DNA of 45,505 nt from Clostridia bacterium (lineage in GTDB: Bacteria; Bacillota; Clostridia; Oscillospirales; UBA644): positions 1 to 45,505 of the forward strand of contig JAFSHW010000017.1 in NCBI GenBank assembly GCA_017440085.1, in the 5' to 3' direction. Each line of letters begins with the position of its first letter. The first letter of the stretch is position 1. A program made the position numbers and the translations under genes. This document shows positions 44,951 through 45,505 of the stretch, piece by piece. The notes beneath the pieces were generated by a model. The model searched no databases. It was not told where the DNA came from and saw nothing but the letters and a program-made list of their open reading frames with translations.

Positions 44951-45505
44951 TACGAACCCTCCTTTACAATAGAAACGAAGGCTGTTTCAAAATCGTTTGT
45001 TCCAGCCGCTGCGTTCAATTCTTCTACTGTTCCTACTGCAAGAAGCCTGCCGTTTTTCATAATACCGATGCGGTCAGAAAGTGCCTCAGCTTCTTCCATA
45101 TAGTGCGTCGTCAGGATGATCGTTATTTTACCCTTCAAAGAGCGAATCACTTCCCAAAGGTCATGCCTTGCAAGGACGTCCAAACCAAGAGTGGGTTCAT
45201 CCAAAAACAGAATTTTAGGTTCACCGATTAGTGCCATAGCAATGCTGACACGTCGCTGCCAGCCACCGGATAATTTACCGGCTTTTCTTAGAAGAACATC
45301 GTCCAAAGAAAACTGCGCAACAAGCTCCTGTATCTTTTCTTTTGTTTGTTCTTTTGAAAAACCGTGTATGCCACAGATCAACTCCAGATTCTCTTTCACA
45401 GAAAGATTTGGCGCAACAGCGGTCTCTTGCGGTGATACTCCAATCAGCCGCTTTACCTGTACGGGTTCGTTTGTAATGCTGTATCCACCTACAATAGCAT
45501 CTCCA
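44950..45505 (-). CDS. ABC transporter ATP-binding protein, C-terminal part (continues past the window end)
   Basis: It has the signature motif (LSGGWQRR) and Walker B (ILFLDEPT). The reading frame stays open upstream of the track's GTG to position 45505. Confidence 0.85.
   Translation of the reverse strand, partial: GDAIVGGYSITNEPVQVKRLIGVSPQETAVAPNLSVKENLELICGIHGFSKEQTKEKIQELVAQFSLDDVLLRKAGKLSGGWQRRVSIAMALIGEPKILFLDEPTLGLDVLARHDLWEVIRSLKGKITIILTTHYMEEAEALSDRIGIMKNGRLLAVGTVEELNAAAGTNDFETAFVSIVKEGS

Noticed and set aside
1-45505. Search for mobile elements, CRISPR arrays, rRNA or tRNA genes, toxin-antitoxin pairs or defence islands
   Set aside because: I saw no transposase, integrase or recombinase-like ORF, no regularly spaced direct repeats, no tRNA- or rRNA-like sequence, and no abrupt compositional break by eye. 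The window looks like core chromosome plus transporter and regulator modules.

Overview
This is a dense chromosomal segment, probably from a Clostridia-class Firmicute. That guess rests on the rnfCDGEAB gene order, the yaaO-holB-ricT(yaaT)-yabB-rsmI synteny, veg, and strong GGAGG Shine-Dalgarno sites with TGn-extended -10 promoters. About 46 protein genes are supported, mostly on the minus strand. They include feoAB with a DtxR-family repressor, a GH38 alpha-mannosidase, a nuclease-XPD/DinG helicase fusion, secG, murA, and an M23/LysM peptidase. They also include the holB housekeeping block, the complete Rnf complex, putP, and a run of transporter and regulator modules: a NatAB/YhaQP-like ABC pair, DUF2798, two MATE pumps, and a LytTR+DUF3021+ABC module. 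I saw no rRNA, tRNA, CRISPR array, transposase, integrase or phage gene, and I could not identify a clear multi-gene novel defence-type system. The most unusual signals are regulatory or recoding-like. (1) Three neighbouring minus-strand transporter units each carry a near-consensus promoter followed by a structured leader that ends in an intrinsic terminator just before the RBS, which makes them riboswitch or attenuator candidates. (2) An in-frame TAA lies at codon 7 of the DUF2798 gene, behind a perfect RBS-ATG. (3) A near-canonical IdeR/DtxR iron box lies on the feoAB promoter. (4) A DtxR-family repressor is translationally coupled to a Lit-like (DUF1461) membrane protein. (5) An unlisted 52-aa membrane sORF follows rnfB. 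(6) A PD-(D/E)XK nuclease is fused to an Fe-S XPD-like helicase. Many track ORFs are over-extended at the N-terminus, and I re-called their starts from RBS and promoter positions. All family assignments come from motif recognition by eye, not from database searches.
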